DNA of 64,000 nucleotides from Oculina patagonica (Eukaryota): NCBI RefSeq assembly GCF_052425735.1, contig NC_135767.1, positions 18,042,001 to 18,106,000 of the forward strand, read 5' to 3'. Shown piece by piece: positions 61,701 to 64,000 of this stretch (position 1 is its first letter; each line of letters starts with the position of its first letter). The notes under the pieces were generated by a model. It saw only the letters and a program-made list of their open reading frames with translations, ran no database searches and was not told where the DNA came from. The position numbers and the translations under genes were made by a program.

Positions 61701-63393
61701 AACCTTATTTTTTCCAGGTTAGCCTAAACAGGTTCTTATATAAATGGTAGTTAACATAAATTTAGGCTATTTAGGTTCTTAATAGGTTCTTATTTTCTGA
61801 AGAAAATTTACATTGATGGTAAAAGAACTTTTAGTGGTATTCGGCCTATTCCTTGTATAAAATTTTCATATCACATACAATGTAAGTGCTTATGCAAAAA
61901 TGAAGCACTATTCGTTTAGAATATGACATTATATACATGCACAGTAATGCTTTGTCCAAACTTATTACCCAGTTGTAAACATTTTCAATCAATTTTAGAA
62001 AATAAAAACCTGTTTCCAAACTGATTTGAGGCTAAATAGGTGTTTATAAAAATGGAGTCTAATTTTCAAATTTTAGCCTAACAGGTTCTTAAATCTTAGT
62101 TTCTTACCCGCGGGTTTTTACTGTGCAATAAATATAGAATAACAAGCAACCATGTATTATTATTTTGTTTGTTTTTTTATAAACATACTAATAACAGAGT
62201 TTTTGACGGTTTTCCGAATGTTGTCCGAAGGTTATACGATCCTTTTTTGAACATTATCTGAAAATTTCCAAAGATTGCTGAAGATTGCCGAAGATCACCG
62301 AAGTTTTCCGAAGGCTTACGAGGAGGTTTCCAAGATGTTTCGACTTTACAACAACAAATTTGAGTAGAAAGGGAAAAGCATGGTATCAAACATAATTAAA
62401 GTCATCGATGTTACCAAAGTGAAAATATAGAAATTTTAAGTGTGTTCAATAACAGTTCTTCACAGGGCTGGAAATCATTGTACAACACTGCAGTTTATAC
62501 AATAATGCAATTTAAAGACCCAGAACGAACCACTATGCATTGCGCGCGTTAATTGGCGTTCGCCATATTTTGTGCGAGTCGATAAGTCCACAATCGTCGA
62601 CAGTGATGAGAAATCCGTTTCCATCGGCCTTACTTTCGGCTTCTAGAACACTTAGAATTATTTCTTGCATTTGGTTGTCGTTATTCCATATCTGGCTGGC
62701 ATTTTTATCGAATTGGTACCTTCATTAAGGAGAAATACATAGTCTATTCTACAGTTGTTGAGATCGTTTAATACGGCCATTGGCCAGGTTCTGATATCAA
62801 TTTTTCTGATTTTTAGCTTAAAAGAACAAAAATTGTAAGTTTTGGACTGTAATATTTTAGAGTTTCTACTGAAACAGTGAGATTGTGCGCGACAGAAAAC
62901 TATCTCATAGAAAACTCAAGCTTGTAGAATATAATTTTTTAATAGTACCTAGTAATATCACATTTTCACTTAGAGCCAAAAATTCGTCGAAAATTTTGCC
63001 ACAAATATCCCAATAAGCGTTTAACAGCTCTCTGGTTTTGGGTTTTTTCGACAATCGTCACATTTGCTCAAGGAAGAAAGTTGCCTTGCGTGTTGTCATG
63101 GTTAATACTCTCATCGACCATAGCTCTCGACTCGGATGAGCGTGAGAAAATTCTTTGTTAACAATTGTCAAAATTAAAAAGGCAGCCTTTTCAAACGAAC
63201 AAGTCGTGCGACAACTTATCGTGGTTACAATAAGTTAAATTGATTGTTAAGCCCACAATTAAAAAAACGATTATTATAAACAATAAATTCTAACTAAGAC
63301 TTCTAGTTACTCTATTATCCTTCTCTTTGTTACCTTTCCGTAGATAACAGCAGTTAATGTTGTCAGCATTAAAAATCCTAAAAGAGTCTGCAT
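58799..63393 (-). CDS. C3: secreted cysteine-rich protein, ~223 aa, paralog lacking module 1; join(63334..63393, 61388..61664, 59729..59934, 58799..58927)
   Basis: Exons 2-4 have canonical sites and an open frame, ending DGGSGSGSGLDDF*; AATAAA at 58729-58734. Exon 1 MQTLLGFLMLTTLTAVIYGK requires the AAG|GTAACA donor (inferred). 60+277+206+129=672 nt. Confidence 0.72.
61681..62123. mobile_element. Tc1/mariner-type MITE abutting the C3 exon 2 acceptor
   Basis: TA-CAGTAAAAACCCG...CGGGTTTTTACTG-TG; internal AGGTTCTTA repeats. Confidence 0.8.
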
Positions 63394-64000
63394 CGTGGAT
63401 GCCTGTGCCAAAAAGCCTTCTGTTTTTTGTAACGATGGAACGAACTACCTGGAAACTTATACGATTTGTTTCTACGTGGGACGTTCCCAAGTATTGTGAA
63501 ACATAAAACAGTCTGTAGTCTGAATAAATGTTTGTGAAACGTGTTAGCGGCTGAAGAATCTTATTTGGTTTAGAGCTTTATACACTTTCTTTCTAATCTG
63601 GTTAAATATTTGTACTGGCGTAAAGGGTTTTTGAAAGCGGTATGTTTTCACCAAGATTGACATTACATTCGACTTTATTCAGTTTGTTAAGGAGTGTACT
63701 TAATAAAAGATAAATGTTTAAAAACGAGTACGAATGTTTCATCAGCTGCCCGGGTCAGCTTTGTACGTGAGGGTGAAAGAAGATTTTTAGCTACTCTATT
63801 ACAAAAGGTATCACACAATTTTTCGCGACCTTTTGTTGTTGAATTCGCAGAAAAATTATGCTGTAAAAAGTAATTTGCGTGAAAATAAAATGTTAGTGGT
63901 TAAAATCTCTTAAATATTATAATAAGTGTATATTTTCTTCGAGTGGTCATTAATTTCTTCGTCACATCTTTAGTAGCCATGAAATTGTCAAATACCTTGG

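Overview
AT-rich, intron-containing eukaryotic DNA. The repeat families and receptor type suggest an anthozoan cnidarian, probably a stony coral (inference). There are two adjacent tandem gene arrays in a transposon-dense background. (1) About 3-43 kb: eight closely related, intronless rhodopsin-class orphan GPCR genes. Five are intact, one has a frameshift rescued by a downstream ATG, and two are disrupted. There are also two 5'-only relics and one unrelated two-exon GPCR. The array grew partly by a ~7.2 kb head-to-tail duplication whose second copy carries a 6 kb CACTA-type element. (2) About 46-63.4 kb: three 4-exon minus-strand paralogs that the ORF track shows only as fragments, reconstructed here from splice sites. 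They encode secreted proteins of 257, 252 and 223 aa. Each has a signal peptide, 5-6 tandem four-cysteine modules, a 10-Cys prokineticin/Dickkopf-CRD2/colipase-type domain, and a conserved C-terminal (D/E)GGSGSGSG(LD)DF tail resembling a glycosaminoglycan attachment site. This family, and its position beside the expanding receptor array, is the best candidate for an undescribed system. No prokaryotic features, CRISPR arrays, rRNA or convincing true tRNA genes were seen.
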